A stretch of 64,000 nucleotides of DNA from Dehalococcoidia bacterium. GTDB lineage: Bacteria > Chloroflexota > Dehalococcoidia > Bin125. The position numbers and the translations under genes are program-made. Below are positions 1-10,047 of the stretch, piece after piece. The stretch is taken from positions 279,129-343,128 of the forward strand of contig CAXXNO010000006.1 in assembly GCA_963663235.2 (NCBI GenBank), given 5' to 3'. Each line of letters begins with the position of its first letter. Positions within the stretch are counted from its first letter, which is position 1. Below the pieces are notes generated by a model. It was not told the origin of the DNA and ran no database searches. It worked only from the letters and a program-made list of their open reading frames with translations.

Positions 1-689
1 ACATCGTCCGCGCGCGGCGGGCGGCCGCTCTCCAGGCGAGCGACCAGCGCCCGGGAGGCCCGGCCGCCAGCGAAATTGGTGGGGCGCAGCGCATGGAACA
101 TCGTGGCGGTTTTGGCTTGCGGTAGCGGCAGCTCCGGACTCCAGACGGCGGCGGCCCAATCGTCGGCGGCTGGAGCCTCGGGCAGCGACCGCACCTTCTC
201 ACCGCGCCCCTCCATGACCACCGTGCCGCCGTTGAGGAAGAGGGTCACGTCCGAGCCGATCTCGGCGGCGAGGGCGGCCAGCTCGGCGTCATCGAGCGCG
301 AGGTTCCACCAGCGCCGCGCCAGGCGGAGGAAGGCGGCGGCATCGCTCGAACCGCCACCGAGCCCGGCGGCGACAGGGATGCGCTTCTCCACACGCACCG
401 CGGCACGATCGTCCACGCCGTAGCGATCGATCAGCAGGTCCCAGGCGCGGGCGATCAGCTCCGGTTGCGAGGGGCCCACTCCCGGAACGGCCAGCGGACG
501 GCCGCCCTCTCCGACGAAGCGCACGCTGCGCCCAGGCGCCGCCTCGATCGTGACGGCGTCCAGCAAGTCCACGGTCTGGACCACAGAGACGAGATCGTGA
601 AAGCCGTCCGAGCGACGGCCGAGCACTTCAAGGGTGAGGTTGATCTTGGCCGGCGCCGCGAGGCGCAGGGCGCCGGCCGAGCGGCTCAC
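1..689 (-). CDS. ispE: 4-diphosphocytidyl-2-C-methyl-D-erythritol kinase (runs off the window's left edge)
   Basis: Not in the ORF track. Manual translation from GTG at 689 gives MSRSAGALRLAAPAKINLTLEVLGRRSDGFHDLVSVVQTVDL...KRIPVAAGLGGGSSDAAA...LGSDV, the GHMP kinase/IspE motifs. GTGA overlap with the rsmA stop. Confidence 0.93.
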   Translation of the reverse strand, partial: MSRSAGALRLAAPAKINLTLEVLGRRSDGFHDLVSVVQTVDLLDAVTIEAAPGRSVRFVGEGGRPLAVPGVGPSQPELIARAWDLLIDRYGVDDRAAVRVEKRIPVAAGLGGGSSDAAAFLRLARRWWNLALDDAELAALAAEIGSDVTLFLNGGTVVMEGRGEKVRSLPEAPAADDWAAAVWSPELPLPQAKTATMFHALRPTNFAGGRASRALVARLESGRPPRADD

Positions 690-1546
690 GACCGCGCCGT
701 ACCGACGAAGGGAGCGGGCGGCGCGGCGGATTCCTCGCGGGACCAGGCCAGCCGGGCCCACTCCTCCAACTCCAGCGTGCCCGCGCGGCGGCTGGGATCG
801 ATGTCGCAGCGCTCGAGCCAGCGCTTGGCCTCGCCCTCGGGCAGCCAGAGCGCCAACGAGAGGGAGTTGTGCAACTGCTTGCGGGGCGCGCGAAAGCCCG
901 CGCGCACCACCTCGAAGAAGCGGGGCTCGCTGGGCACCTCCACCGCGGGCCGGTCGCGCACGGCTAGGAACACGACCGCCGAGCGCACCTGCGGAGGCGG
1001 GCGGAAGGCGTCGCGCTCGACATTGAACAGGATCGTGGGCTGGGCGTAGAACTGCACGGAGACGCCGAGCAGCGATCGCCGGCGCGGCGGGGCGACGAGC
1101 TGGAGGGCCACCTCACGCTGCACCATCACCAGCAGCCAACGGGGCCGGGGCCGGGTCTCGCCTAGGAAGCGGCGGAAGATCGGCGCCGTAATCGCGTAGG
1201 GGAGATTGCCCACCACCCCGTAGGGCGCCGCCGCCGCGACCGTCGCCAGCAGATCCTCGGCCGGCAGGTCAAGGATGTCGCCGTGCACGAGGCGGCAATC
1301 GTCGCGCTCGGGGAGACGACCGCGCGTCAGCATCGCCCAGCCCTCGTCGAACTCGACGGCGACCAACGGCCGCCCGAGCCGGGCGAGCGGCAGGGTGAGG
1401 ACACCGTCGCCGGCGCCGATCTCGATGAGGGGCAATCCGTCGTCGGGCACGGCGGCGATGATGCTGTCGCACACGGCAGAGTCGCGAAGAAAGTGCTGCC
1501 CGAGGCGCGGCCGCCGCCGAGCGCCGCCGCGACGGTTTGCGCTCAT
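686..1546 (-). CDS. rsmA: 16S rRNA m6,6A dimethyltransferase (KsgA)
   Basis: LGQHFL, IEIGAGDG, VGNLPYAIT, MVQREVA, FRPPPQVRSAV. Start set at ATG 1546 because the longer ORF runs into the SRP RNA. Confidence 0.95.
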   Translation of the reverse strand: MSANRRGGARRRPRLGQHFLRDSAVCDSIIAAVPDDGLPLIEIGAGDGVLTLPLARLGRPLVAVEFDEGWAMLTRGRLPERDDCRLVHGDILDLPAEDLLATVAAAAPYGVVGNLPYAITAPIFRRFLGETRPRPRWLLVMVQREVALQLVAPPRRRSLLGVSVQFYAQPTILFNVERDAFRPPPQVRSAVVFLAVRDRPAVEVPSEPRFFEVVRAGFRAPRKQLHNSLSLALWLPEGEAKRWLERCDIDPSRRAGTLELEEWARLAWSREESAAPPAPFVGTARS

Positions 1547-1653
1547 GCCCGGCTCCCGCCGATGGAACGGGAACCGCGGCCAGCGCGAGAAAAGGAAAGG
1601 AGAGGAGGGGGACTCACCGAACCGAATCGCAGCAGTGGGACGGCGAAGGGAGT

Positions 1654-1920
1654 GATCGTGCACCCGCCGTCGAACGCCGCCACAAGCTTATCGCCGTCAG
1701 CCAGCTCCGCCCAGGCACCCCTGTGGCACCCGAAGCCTTCTACTTACCGCTGCTTCCTCTCGGATCTGACGGAGTTCGCAGCGCTTCGCCGCACAGGACC
1801 CAGGCATCAACACCGCTTGGCGCCGACAGTTCTCATCGCGGACGCCCTCGGGCGGGAATTCGACCCCGCTGAAGCGGATTGCGGGTACAGGGCACCGCTG
1901 GCTCCCCGTCTAGCACGACC
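1654..1920 (-). ncRNA. ffs: Large bacterial SRP RNA with Alu domain (Bacillus scRNA type)
   Basis: Minus strand reads GGTCGTGCTAGACGGGGAGCCAGCGGTGCCCTGTACCCGCAATCCGCT (Alu domain) ... GTCAGATCCGAGAGGAAGCAGC (helix 8 with GNRA loop) ... GTGCACGATC, and the 5' and 3' ends pair. Confidence 0.93.
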
Positions 1921-1926
1921 ACCCGC

Positions 1927-1956
1927 ACTGTATCGCCGGCTAGCAGAATTGGTCAA
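1927..1956 (-). promoter_or_regulatory. sigma70-type promoter of the SRP RNA, TTGACC-N18-TACAGT
   Basis: The -10 box ends 6 nt before the predicted RNA 5' end at 1920. Confidence 0.7.
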
Positions 1957-2071
1957 ACAGGCATCAGCCTAACCGAAGCGCAAAAGAGCGTCCCGCCGAG
2001 GAGAGCCGTTTGCCGCTCCTCAAGAGCCGAGGATAGACTGAATGTTCAGCGGATCAGACGGAGAGAGGCCG

Positions 2072-3541
2072 ATGCGCGTCGTTTCATTGGGCTTCGCGCT
2101 GCCGAACCAGAGCGTCGATAACCACTCGATCGCGAACGCGCCTTCGCTCTTCGAGTACGACGCATGCTTCATCGATCCGCGGGCGGTGTCGCGGCAGATC
2201 GAAGAGATCGTCGCGGGGACCAGCGAGCACCGCACCGCGGACGCCGCGCCCGTGCTGGCCGGCGCCAGCGGCGCGTTCCACTACGGCCTGGCGGAGTTGC
2301 TCCAGCAGCGCCGGCAGGAGTTGGTGCGGCTGCTCGATCGCGGTGGGCTGGTGGTGCTTCTCGGCTACCCCAACGTGCCGCATCCATCGGTGAGCGCGCT
2401 GCCCGGCGCGGACCGTTACACCATCCTGCCCGGCGCGCCCGGCGTGCTCTACCGCCCACCGCAGTTGCTGGCCGGGGCGGGGTCCGGGGTGCGGCCGGTG
2501 GACCCGACCCACCCGTTCAGCGTGTACATCGACGATCTTGCGGGGAAGCTGCGCTACCAGGCGCATTGGGATGTGGCCCAGGTCCCCGAGTTCGACAGCG
2601 TTGGCACGGTGATCGCACGCAGCCACGGGGGCGCGGCGGTCGCGGTGGAGTTCCGGGTGGGGCCCGGGCGGGTGGTGTTCGTGCCGCCGCCGGCCACGGA
2701 GCCACGGGGGGAAACGCGGCGCGCCTTGACCGCCGCGGTGCTGGAGAGCATTACCCGCAGCCTGGAGGGCAGCGACGGCGAGGAAGCGCCGGCTTGGAGC
2801 CAGAGCTACGGCCTGCCGGGGCTGGCGGAGGCGCGCGAACGGGTCGAGGCGGCCGAGAGCGCGTTCGCCGAAACGGAAAGCCGGTTGGTGGAGGCGCGGG
2901 CGGCGCTGGCGGACGTGGCGCGGTTTCAGGGGCTGCTCTGGCGTCAGGGGCCATACGGCTTCGCGCCGCTGGTGCGCGACGCCTTCCGGGCGCTGGGCTT
3001 CAGCGTGACCCCAGACTTGCAGCAGCCCGCGGAGCTGAAGGACGGCGACGAGATCGCGCTGCTGGAGGTGGACGCGTCCGCGCACACGGTCAAGGAGCAG
3101 AGCTACCTCAAGCTGCAGCGACGGATTGAGGAGGAGTTCCTGCGCAGCGGCGTGCGGCGCAAGGGCGTGATCGCGGTCAACGGCAAGCGGCGAGTCGATC
3201 CCAAGAACCGCGCGGAGCCGTACTCCAAGACGCTGACCAATGCCTGCGAGAGCTTCGGCTACGCGCTGATCACGGGCGACTCGCTGTTCACGCTGACGAC
3301 GTACGCGCTGGAAGACGCCGAGGCCGAGACGCTGGCGGAGATCCGGCAGACGATCCTCAACGCCGAGGGCGTGCTGGTGGTGGAGGAGCGCGACGAGGCC
3401 GTCGCGGATGCGGACGACGAGGCGGAGCCCGAGGCGGCGGAGGAAGAGCCCGCGGCGGTCCCGACCGACGAGCCTCCGGCGCCGGTGGAAGCGGCGGTGG
3501 CGGGGGCGTCGGAGGACGGGGGGTCGGGGGAGGGGGGCTAG
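2072..3541 (+). CDS. Hypothetical protein: coiled coil, degenerate PD-(D/E)XK/Mrr-like C-terminal domain, acidic tail
   Basis: Long ORF with SD-like GAGAGAGG before ATG 2072. C-terminal pattern LVRDAFRALGF...LLEVD...KGVIAVNG...YALITGDSLF. Confidence 0.75.
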   Translation: MRVVSLGFALPNQSVDNHSIANAPSLFEYDACFIDPRAVSRQIEEIVAGTSEHRTADAAPVLAGASGAFHYGLAELLQQRRQELVRLLDRGGLVVLLGYPNVPHPSVSALPGADRYTILPGAPGVLYRPPQLLAGAGSGVRPVDPTHPFSVYIDDLAGKLRYQAHWDVAQVPEFDSVGTVIARSHGGAAVAVEFRVGPGRVVFVPPPATEPRGETRRALTAAVLESITRSLEGSDGEEAPAWSQSYGLPGLAEARERVEAAESAFAETESRLVEARAALADVARFQGLLWRQGPYGFAPLVRDAFRALGFSVTPDLQQPAELKDGDEIALLEVDASAHTVKEQSYLKLQRRIEEEFLRSGVRRKGVIAVNGKRRVDPKNRAEPYSKTLTNACESFGYALITGDSLFTLTTYALEDAEAETLAEIRQTILNAEGVLVVEERDEAVADADDEAEPEAAEEEPAAVPTDEPPAPVEAAVAGASEDGGSGEGG

Positions 3542-3631
3542 CGCGTGACGGCGCAGCCGCGGTCATCACCTCAGCCTCTCATCGTGCGGCGGTGGACGTG
3601 GGAGCACGGCCTCTCCGCGCCGCGCTGATCC

Positions 3632-5482
3632 CTAACGCTCGTCGAGGCGGAGGACGGCGAGGAAGGCCTCCTGGGGGATCTCGACGTTGCCGACGCGCTT
3701 CATGCGCTTCTTGCCCGCGGCCTGCCTGGCCAGGAGCTTGCGCTTGCGGGAGACGTCGCCGCCGTAGCACTTGGCCAGCACGTTCTTGCGGGAGGCCTTG
3801 ACCGTCTCGCGGGCGACGATGCGGCCACCGATGGCCGCCTGGATAGGGACGTCGAAGAGTTGCCGCGGGATCAGTGAGCGCAGCCGCTGGACCAAGAGGC
3901 GCCCGTGGGCGGCGGCGCGGTCCGCGTGGACGATGCTGGAGAGGGCATCGACGGGCTCGCCGTTGACCAGCACCTCCAGCTTCACGAGTTTGGCGGCGCG
4001 GTAGTCGATGGGGGTGTAGTCGAGGCTGGCGTAGCCCTGGGTACGGGACTTCAGCTCGTCGTAGAAGTCGACCAGGATATCCGAGAGCGGCGCCTCGTAC
4101 TCCAGCAGCACGCGCTGGCGCCCGGCCTCCGCCGCCTGCGCCGCCTCCGCCCCGCGCTCCAGGTACTCCATCTTGTCGAAGCGGCCGCGCCGCCCGGTGA
4201 CCATCTCCATCACGGCCCCCACGTGGCGGTCCGGGGTGATCACGCTGATGCGCACCCAGGGCTCGCGCACCTCGGCGATGCGGCTGGGGTCCGGCAGATC
4301 GGCCGGGTTATCGATGCGGCGCACGTCGCCGGCGGTGGTTTGCACCTCATACTCGACGGAGGGGGCCGTGAAGACGAGCTCGACGTCGTACTCGCGCTCC
4401 AAACGCTCCTGGACGATCTCCATGTGCAGCAGGCCGAGGAAGCCCATGCGAAAGCCGAAGCCGAGGGCAGGCGAGCTCTCCGGCTGGTAGTGGAGGGAAG
4501 CGTCGCTGAGGCGGAGCTTCTGCAGCGCGGCCTGGAGCGTGGGGTAGTCGCTGGACTGGGCAGGGTAGAGGCCGGCGAAGACCATGGGCTTGGCCTCGGC
4601 ATAGCCGGGCAGGGGGGTGGAGGCGGGGCGCGTCCGCTCGGTGATGGTGTCGCCGACGCGCACCTCGCCGACGTCCTTGAGGCCGGTGGCGACGTAGCCC
4701 ACCTCCCCCGCCTGGAGCCGGGGAAGCGCCGTGAGTTGCGGGCGGAAGGTCCCGACTTCCAGGGGCTCCAAGCGTCGCTGCGAGGCGAAGAGGCGCAGGG
4801 GCACACCGGCCGCGATGGAGCCGTCCACCACGCGCACGTAGGCCACCACACCTTTGTAGGAGTCGTATTCGGAATCGAAGATGAGCGCGCGGAGCGGGGC
4901 GCTTGGATCGCCGCGGGGCGGCGGGACGCGCTCGACGATCGCATCGAGCAACGCGGGCACGCCCTCCCCGGTCTTGGCGGAGACGTACAGCACGTCGCGG
5001 GCATCGAAGCCCATCACATCCACCAGCTCGCGCGTGACCTGTTCGGGCTGCGCCACCGGAAGGTCGATCTTGTTCACGACGGGGATGATGGTGAGATTTT
5101 GCTCGAGAGCGAGGTAGACATTGGCCAGCGTCTGGGCCTGGATGCCCGCGGCGGCGTCCACCACCAGCAGCGCGCCCTCGACGGCGGCCAAGGTGCGCGA
5201 CACCTCGTAGGTGAAGTCGACGTGGCCGGGCGTGTCCACCAGGTTCAGCTGCAGCGGTGCGCCGTCGGGAGGGGCGTAGGTCATGCGCACCGCCCGGGCC
5301 TTGATGGTGATGCCCTTCTCCCGCTCCAAGTCCATGAAGTCGAGCACCTGGTCGGCCATGTCGCGCGGGCCGACGGTGCCGGTGATCTCCAGCATGCGGT
5401 CCGCCAGGGTCGATTTCCCGTGGTCGATGTGGGCGATGATGCAGAAGTTGCGGACGCGGTTGCGAGAGGGATCGCGCTCCAT
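3632..5482 (-). CDS. lepA: Translation elongation factor 4 (GTPase)
   Basis: [43 protein letters not shown]. Confidence 0.98.
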   Translation of the reverse strand: MERDPSRNRVRNFCIIAHIDHGKSTLADRMLEITGTVGPRDMADQVLDFMDLEREKGITIKARAVRMTYAPPDGAPLQLNLVDTPGHVDFTYEVSRTLAAVEGALLVVDAAAGIQAQTLANVYLALEQNLTIIPVVNKIDLPVAQPEQVTRELVDVMGFDARDVLYVSAKTGEGVPALLDAIVERVPPPRGDPSAPLRALIFDSEYDSYKGVVAYVRVVDGSIAAGVPLRLFASQRRLEPLEVGTFRPQLTALPRLQAGEVGYVATGLKDVGEVRVGDTITERTRPASTPLPGYAEAKPMVFAGLYPAQSSDYPTLQAALQKLRLSDASLHYQPESSPALGFGFRMGFLGLLHMEIVQERLEREYDVELVFTAPSVEYEVQTTAGDVRRIDNPADLPDPSRIAEVREPWVRISVITPDRHVGAVMEMVTGRRGRFDKMEYLERGAEAAQAAEAGRQRVLLEYEAPLSDILVDFYDELKSRTQGYASLDYTPIDYRAAKLVKLEVLVNGEPVDALSSIVHADRAAAHGRLLVQRLRSLIPRQLFDVPIQAAIGGRIVARETVKASRKNVLAKCYGGDVSRKRKLLARQAAGKKRMKRVGNVEIPQEAFLAVLRLDER

Positions 5483-5546
5483 GCGGACGTGATCGTATCA
5501 CCTTCGCGCGGCAGGGAGAGGCGGCGCAGGCCACCAGCGCGCAGGC

Positions 5547-6656
5547 TCAGACGATGCTCTCCTCAGCGCGATGGCAGGTCACGCCGTGGCCGGGGCGCAG
5601 CTCCCGCCACTCGGGCTCGACCGTGCGGCAGATATCGATGGCGAGCGGACAGCGGGTGTGGAAGGTGCAGCCAGGCGGGGGGTGGAGGGGGCTGGGGATG
5701 TCGCCGGAGAGCACGATGCGCTCGCGGCGGCGCTCCAGGCCCGGGTCAGGGATGGGCACGGCGGACAGCAGCGCCTGCGTGTAGGGATGCAGCGGGTTGC
5801 GGTAAAGCGCTTCGCTGTCCGCCAGCTCCACGATCTTGCCCAGGTACATCACCGCCACCCGGTGGCTGATATGGCGGACCACCGCCAAGTCGTGGGAGAT
5901 GAAGAGGAAGGTGAGATGGAAGCGATCCTGCAAATCCTGCAGGAGGTTGATGATCTGCGCCTGGATCGAGACATCGAGTGCGGAGAGAGGTTCGTCCGCC
6001 ACCACGAACCAAGGCTCCACCGCCAAGGCGCGCGCGATCCCCACCCGCTGGCGCTGCCCGCCGGAGAACTCGTGGGGGAAGCGCCCCGCGAGGTGCGGGT
6101 TGAGGCCCACCGTCTCCAGCAGCTGCGCGACGCGCTCCTTGCGCCTGCCCTTGTGGAGCCCGTGGATGGCGAGCGGCTCCCCGACGATCCCGCCCACCGT
6201 CATGCGCGGGTTCAGGGAGGCGTAAGGGTCCTGGAAGATCATCTGCATGCGGCGGCGGTAGGCACGGAGCCGCCGGCCTTTGAGCGTCGTGAGGTCCACG
6301 CGGCCGTCCGGCGCGGCGGCGGTGGCGTCGCGGCGCTGGTGCAACCAGACGTGTCCCGCGGTGGGCCGGTAGAGCTGCAGAATCGCCCGGCCGGCGGTGG
6401 TCTTGCCGCAGCCGGACTCGCCGACGAGGCCGAGCGTCTCGCCGTCGCGGATGGTGAACGAGATCCCGTCGACGGCCTTGCTGTCGGCCACCTTGCGCTG
6501 AAACAAGATGCCGGACCTGACCGGGAAGTAGAGTTTCAGATCCTCGACCTGGATTAGCGGCTGATTGCTGGGTCCCGTGCGAGGGGCAGGCGGAGCGGAA
6601 GCCCTAGCGTCCGCGGTCACAGGCGCCGCAGCGTCGGCGGATGCATCGGCGGTCAT
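5547..6656 (-). CDS. Oligopeptide/dipeptide ABC transporter ATP-binding protein (OppF/DppF-like)
   Basis: [17 protein letters not shown]-terminal GCTFHTRCP oligo_HPY motif. Confidence 0.93.
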   Translation of the reverse strand: MTADASADAAAPVTADARASAPPAPRTGPSNQPLIQVEDLKLYFPVRSGILFQRKVADSKAVDGISFTIRDGETLGLVGESGCGKTTAGRAILQLYRPTAGHVWLHQRRDATAAAPDGRVDLTTLKGRRLRAYRRRMQMIFQDPYASLNPRMTVGGIVGEPLAIHGLHKGRRKERVAQLLETVGLNPHLAGRFPHEFSGGQRQRVGIARALAVEPWFVVADEPLSALDVSIQAQIINLLQDLQDRFHLTFLFISHDLAVVRHISHRVAVMYLGKIVELADSEALYRNPLHPYTQALLSAVPIPDPGLERRRERIVLSGDIPSPLHPPPGCTFHTRCPLAIDICRTVEPEWRELRPGHGVTCHRAEESIV

Positions 6657-7690
6657 GGAGCGGGGCTGCCGGGTGAGGCGACGGCCGCCCCAGGGGCGCG
6701 CTGCTCCATGGCGGCCGCCAGCACCTGGTCCGCGTGGTGGCAGGCGGCGAAGTGGCCTTGGGCCTGCTCACGGAGATCGGGCCGCTCGTCGCGGCAGACG
6801 TCGGTCGCGAAGCGGCAGCGGGGGGCGAACTCACAGCCGGGCGGCAGGTTGATGGGGTCGGGTGGCACGCCTTCGATGGGGACCAGCCGAGCCAGGCCCG
6901 CGTCGAGGCGGGGCACCGACTCCAGCAGCCCGAGGGTGTAGGCGTGCCGCGGGCGGGCGAAGATCTCGGCGGCCGGCGCGCTCTCGATGATGCGCCCCGC
7001 GTACATCACGTGCACGCGGTCGGCGTAGCGGGCGACGACGCCAAGGTTGTGGGTGATGAGGATCACCGCGGCCCCGAGCTCGTGGGTCAAACGGGCCAGG
7101 AGCTCCAACACCTGCGCTTGGATGGTGACGTCCAGGGCGGTGGTGGGCTCGTCGGCGAGGAGGATCTTGGGATCGCAGGAGAGGGCCATGGCGATCATGA
7201 CTCGCTGGCGCATGCCGCCCGAAAACTGATGCGGGTAATCGTTGAGACGTTCCTCGGCGGAGGGGATCCCCACCATCTCGAGCAGCTCGGCGGCGCGTCT
7301 CCTGGCCGCCGCGCCCTTCATGCCCTTGTGCAGCTCCAGCGCCTCCGTGATCTGCCGGCCGACGGTCATCACCGGGTTCAAGGAGGTCATGGGCTCCTGG
7401 AAGATCATGGCGATCTCGTTGCCGCGGATCTGACGCAGACGGGCATCGTCCACGCGCAGGATGTCCTCGTCTTGGAATCGCACCTCGCCGCCCACAATGC
7501 GGCCGGGCGGGCTGGGGATGAGGCGCAGGAGCGAGAGGGCGGCCACGCTCTTGCCGCTTCCGCTCTCGCCGACGAGTCCGACGGTCTCGCCCTCCAGCAG
7601 GTCAAAGAAGAGGCCGTTCACCGCCTTGACCTCGCCCGCGGCGGTGAAGAAGGAGGTGCGCAGGTCCATGATCTCAAGGAGTTTCGTCAT
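6653..7690 (-). CDS. Oligopeptide/dipeptide ABC transporter ATP-binding protein (OppD/DppD-like)
   Basis: [34 protein letters not shown]. Start moved to ATG 7690 because the longer ORF overlaps tRNA-Leu. Confidence 0.93.
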   Translation of the reverse strand: MTKLLEIMDLRTSFFTAAGEVKAVNGLFFDLLEGETVGLVGESGSGKSVAALSLLRLIPSPPGRIVGGEVRFQDEDILRVDDARLRQIRGNEIAMIFQEPMTSLNPVMTVGRQITEALELHKGMKGAAARRRAAELLEMVGIPSAEERLNDYPHQFSGGMRQRVMIAMALSCDPKILLADEPTTALDVTIQAQVLELLARLTHELGAAVILITHNLGVVARYADRVHVMYAGRIIESAPAAEIFARPRHAYTLGLLESVPRLDAGLARLVPIEGVPPDPINLPPGCEFAPRCRFATDVCRDERPDLREQAQGHFAACHHADQVLAAAMEQRAPGAAVASPGSPAP

Positions 7691-7732
7691 GGGTCCCGGC
7701 CTTGCAGAGGCATCGCCGTGCGGGCGGCTGGG

Positions 7733-7817
7733 TGGTGGGGAAGGGGAGATTCGAACTCCCACGCCTTGCGGCACATGATCCTAAATCATGCTCGTCTGCC
7801 AGTTCCGACACTTCCCC
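7733..7817 (-). tRNA. tRNA-Leu(TAG)
   Basis: GGGGAAG acceptor stem, anticodon arm CATGA-TTTAGGA-TCATG, long variable arm, GTTCGAATC, encoded CCA. Confidence 0.96.
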
Positions 7818-7852
7818 AGGTCCGGGCGCGGAGCGCCGGCCCGGGAGGGATG

Positions 7853-7928
<76 letters not shown>

Positions 7929-8025
7929 ACGCCGACCGGCCTCCCGCCGATCCTAGCATCGCGCGGGCCATCGAGCGGGCGCCGGGGCGGCCGTGGCGTT
8001 TCATCCGGGCCCGGGGGCGGGCAAA

Positions 8026-8055
8026 TTGACCCCTTCGCCGAGCCGTTGTTAGCAT
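8026..8055 (+). promoter_or_regulatory. sigma70-type promoter TTGACC-N18-TAGCAT for tRNA-Val/thrS
   Basis: Near-consensus boxes 16 nt upstream of tRNA-Val. Confidence 0.65.
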
Positions 8056-8071
8056 CGAGCGGACGATGCGC

Positions 8072-8148
8072 GGGCGGTTAGCTCAGTCGGCTAGAGCGCT
8101 GCGTTGACATCGCAGAGGTCACTGGTTCGAGTCCAGTATCGCCCACCA
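8072..8148 (+). tRNA. tRNA-Val(GAC)
   Basis: GGGCGGTTAGCTCAG, anticodon arm CTGCG-TTGACAT-CGCAG, GGTTCGAGTCC, CCA. Confidence 0.97.
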
Positions 8149-8219
8149 CCGGCCGTTTCCCTCGCCCCGGAGACGCGACGCCAGCGGTCCCTTCTCAGGA
8201 AGGGCGTGAAGGGTTGACG

Positions 8220-9971
8220 ATGGCGCAAGCGACCCCCGACACGGCCCCAGCGGACCGCGACGAGCGGCTGCGACGGATGCGCCACTCAGCGGCGCACGTG
8301 CTGGCGCAGGTGGTCCTGGAGATGTTTCCGGACGGCAAGCTGGCGATCGGGCCGCCCATCGACACGGGCTTCTACTACGATTTTCTGCTCCCGCGGTCGC
8401 TCACGCCGGACGACCTGGCGATCATCGAGCGGCGGATGCGCGAAGAGATGGCGAAGGCGCATGCGTTCGTGTGGCGGCTGGTGCCGACGGCGGAAGCGCG
8501 GGCGCGGTACGCGGAGCAGCCGTTCAAACTGGAACTGATCGACGAATTCGGCGAGGACCAGGTGGGGCTGTGCACGCACGCGGATTTCACCGATCTCTGT
8601 CGCGGCGGGCACGTGGGCGATACGTCCGAGATCGGGCCGTTCAAGATCATGCACGTGGCCGGCGCGTACTGGCGGGGCGACGAGAAGCGGCCGCAACTCC
8701 AGCGCGTGTACGGCGCGCTCTTCGAGACGCAGGAGGAGATTGAGGCCTACCTGCGGCATCTGGAGGAAGCGGAGCGGCGCGACCATCGACGGCTGGGGCG
8801 CGAGTTGGATCTCTTCTCGCTGCAGGACGACGTCGGTCCGGGGCTGGTTCTGTGGCACCCCAAGGGGGCGCGCCTGCGGATGGAGGTAGAGGACTACTGG
8901 CGGCGGGCGCACCTGGAGGGTGGCTACGAGTTGGTGTACACGCCGCACTTCGGCAAGGCGCGGTTGTGGGAGACCAGCGGGCATCTGGACTTCTTCAAAG
9001 AGAGCATGTACGCGCCGATGGAGATGGACGGGGAGGACTACTACGCGAAGCCGATGAACTGTCCTTTCCACATCATGATCTACCGCAGCCGGCTGCGATC
9101 GTACCGGGAGCTGCCGTTACGCCTGGGTGAGCTGGGCACGGTCTACCGCTACGAGCGTTCGGGCGTCCTGCACGGTCTGCTGCGCGTGCGCGGCTTCACG
9201 CAGGACGATGCGCATATCTTCTGCACCCCCGAGCAGGTGGAGGACGAGATCATTGAGGTGGTGCGCTTCTCCGTGGAGATGTTGCGCACGTTCGGGTTCG
9301 CGGAGTTCACCGCGTTCGTATCGACGCGGCCGGAGAAGGCGGTAGGGGAGCCCCAGGAGTGGGAGACCGCGCAGGCCGCGCTGCACCGCGCCCTGGATGC
9401 CGCGGGGGTGGGTTACTCCGTGGACGAAGGGGGCGGTGCGTTCTACGGCCCCAAGATCGACCTCAAGGTGGTGGATGCGCTCGACCGCGAGTGGCAGCTC
9501 ACCACCGTGCAGTTCGACTTCAACATGGGCCGGCGCTTCGGCATCACCTATATCGGCGAGGACGGGCAGGAGCACAACCCGTACATGGTGCATCGCGCGC
9601 TGCTGGGGAGCATGGAGCGCTTTTTCGCGGTGTTGATCGAGCATTACGGCGGGGCCTTTCCGCTGTGGCTGGCACCCGTGCAAGCGCGGCTCATCCCGAT
9701 CGCCGACCGGCACATGGCGTACGCCGAGGAGGTGGCGAGCCGCCTTCGGGCCGCCGGGCTACGCGCCGAGGTCGACAGGCGCAAGGAGCGAATGAACGCG
9801 AAGATCCGCGATGCGCAGTTGGAGAAGGTGCCCTACATGCTGGTGGTGGGCGATCGCGAGCAGGAGGCGGAGGCGGTGGCGGTGCGGCGTCGCGACGGGG
9901 AGGACCTGGGCGCGCTCCCCGTAGGCGAGGTGCAAACGCGGCTGCTGGAGGAAGTGCAACGGCGCCAGTAG
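8220..9971 (+). CDS. thrS: Threonine--tRNA ligase (short form without the N-terminal TGS domain)
   Basis: RHSAAHVLA, DLCRGGH, RDHRRLG, KPMNCPFH, RVRGFTQDDAH, FYGPKID. Confidence 0.98.
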   Translation: MAQATPDTAPADRDERLRRMRHSAAHVLAQVVLEMFPDGKLAIGPPIDTGFYYDFLLPRSLTPDDLAIIERRMREEMAKAHAFVWRLVPTAEARARYAEQPFKLELIDEFGEDQVGLCTHADFTDLCRGGHVGDTSEIGPFKIMHVAGAYWRGDEKRPQLQRVYGALFETQEEIEAYLRHLEEAERRDHRRLGRELDLFSLQDDVGPGLVLWHPKGARLRMEVEDYWRRAHLEGGYELVYTPHFGKARLWETSGHLDFFKESMYAPMEMDGEDYYAKPMNCPFHIMIYRSRLRSYRELPLRLGELGTVYRYERSGVLHGLLRVRGFTQDDAHIFCTPEQVEDEIIEVVRFSVEMLRTFGFAEFTAFVSTRPEKAVGEPQEWETAQAALHRALDAAGVGYSVDEGGGAFYGPKIDLKVVDALDREWQLTTVQFDFNMGRRFGITYIGEDGQEHNPYMVHRALLGSMERFFAVLIEHYGGAFPLWLAPVQARLIPIADRHMAYAEEVASRLRAAGLRAEVDRRKERMNAKIRDAQLEKVPYMLVVGDREQEAEAVAVRRRDGEDLGALPVGEVQTRLLEEVQRRQ

Positions 9972-10047
9972 CGCAGCCCACACTCGGCCCAATGCCCCCT
10001 CGCCTATCCGACCGCTATCATGGCGCCTGCAACGAAGCTGGAGGCCT

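Noticed and set aside
8149-8219. T-box leader for thrS (also considered for pheS and alaS)
   Set aside because: The leaders are too short and contain no T-box consensus.
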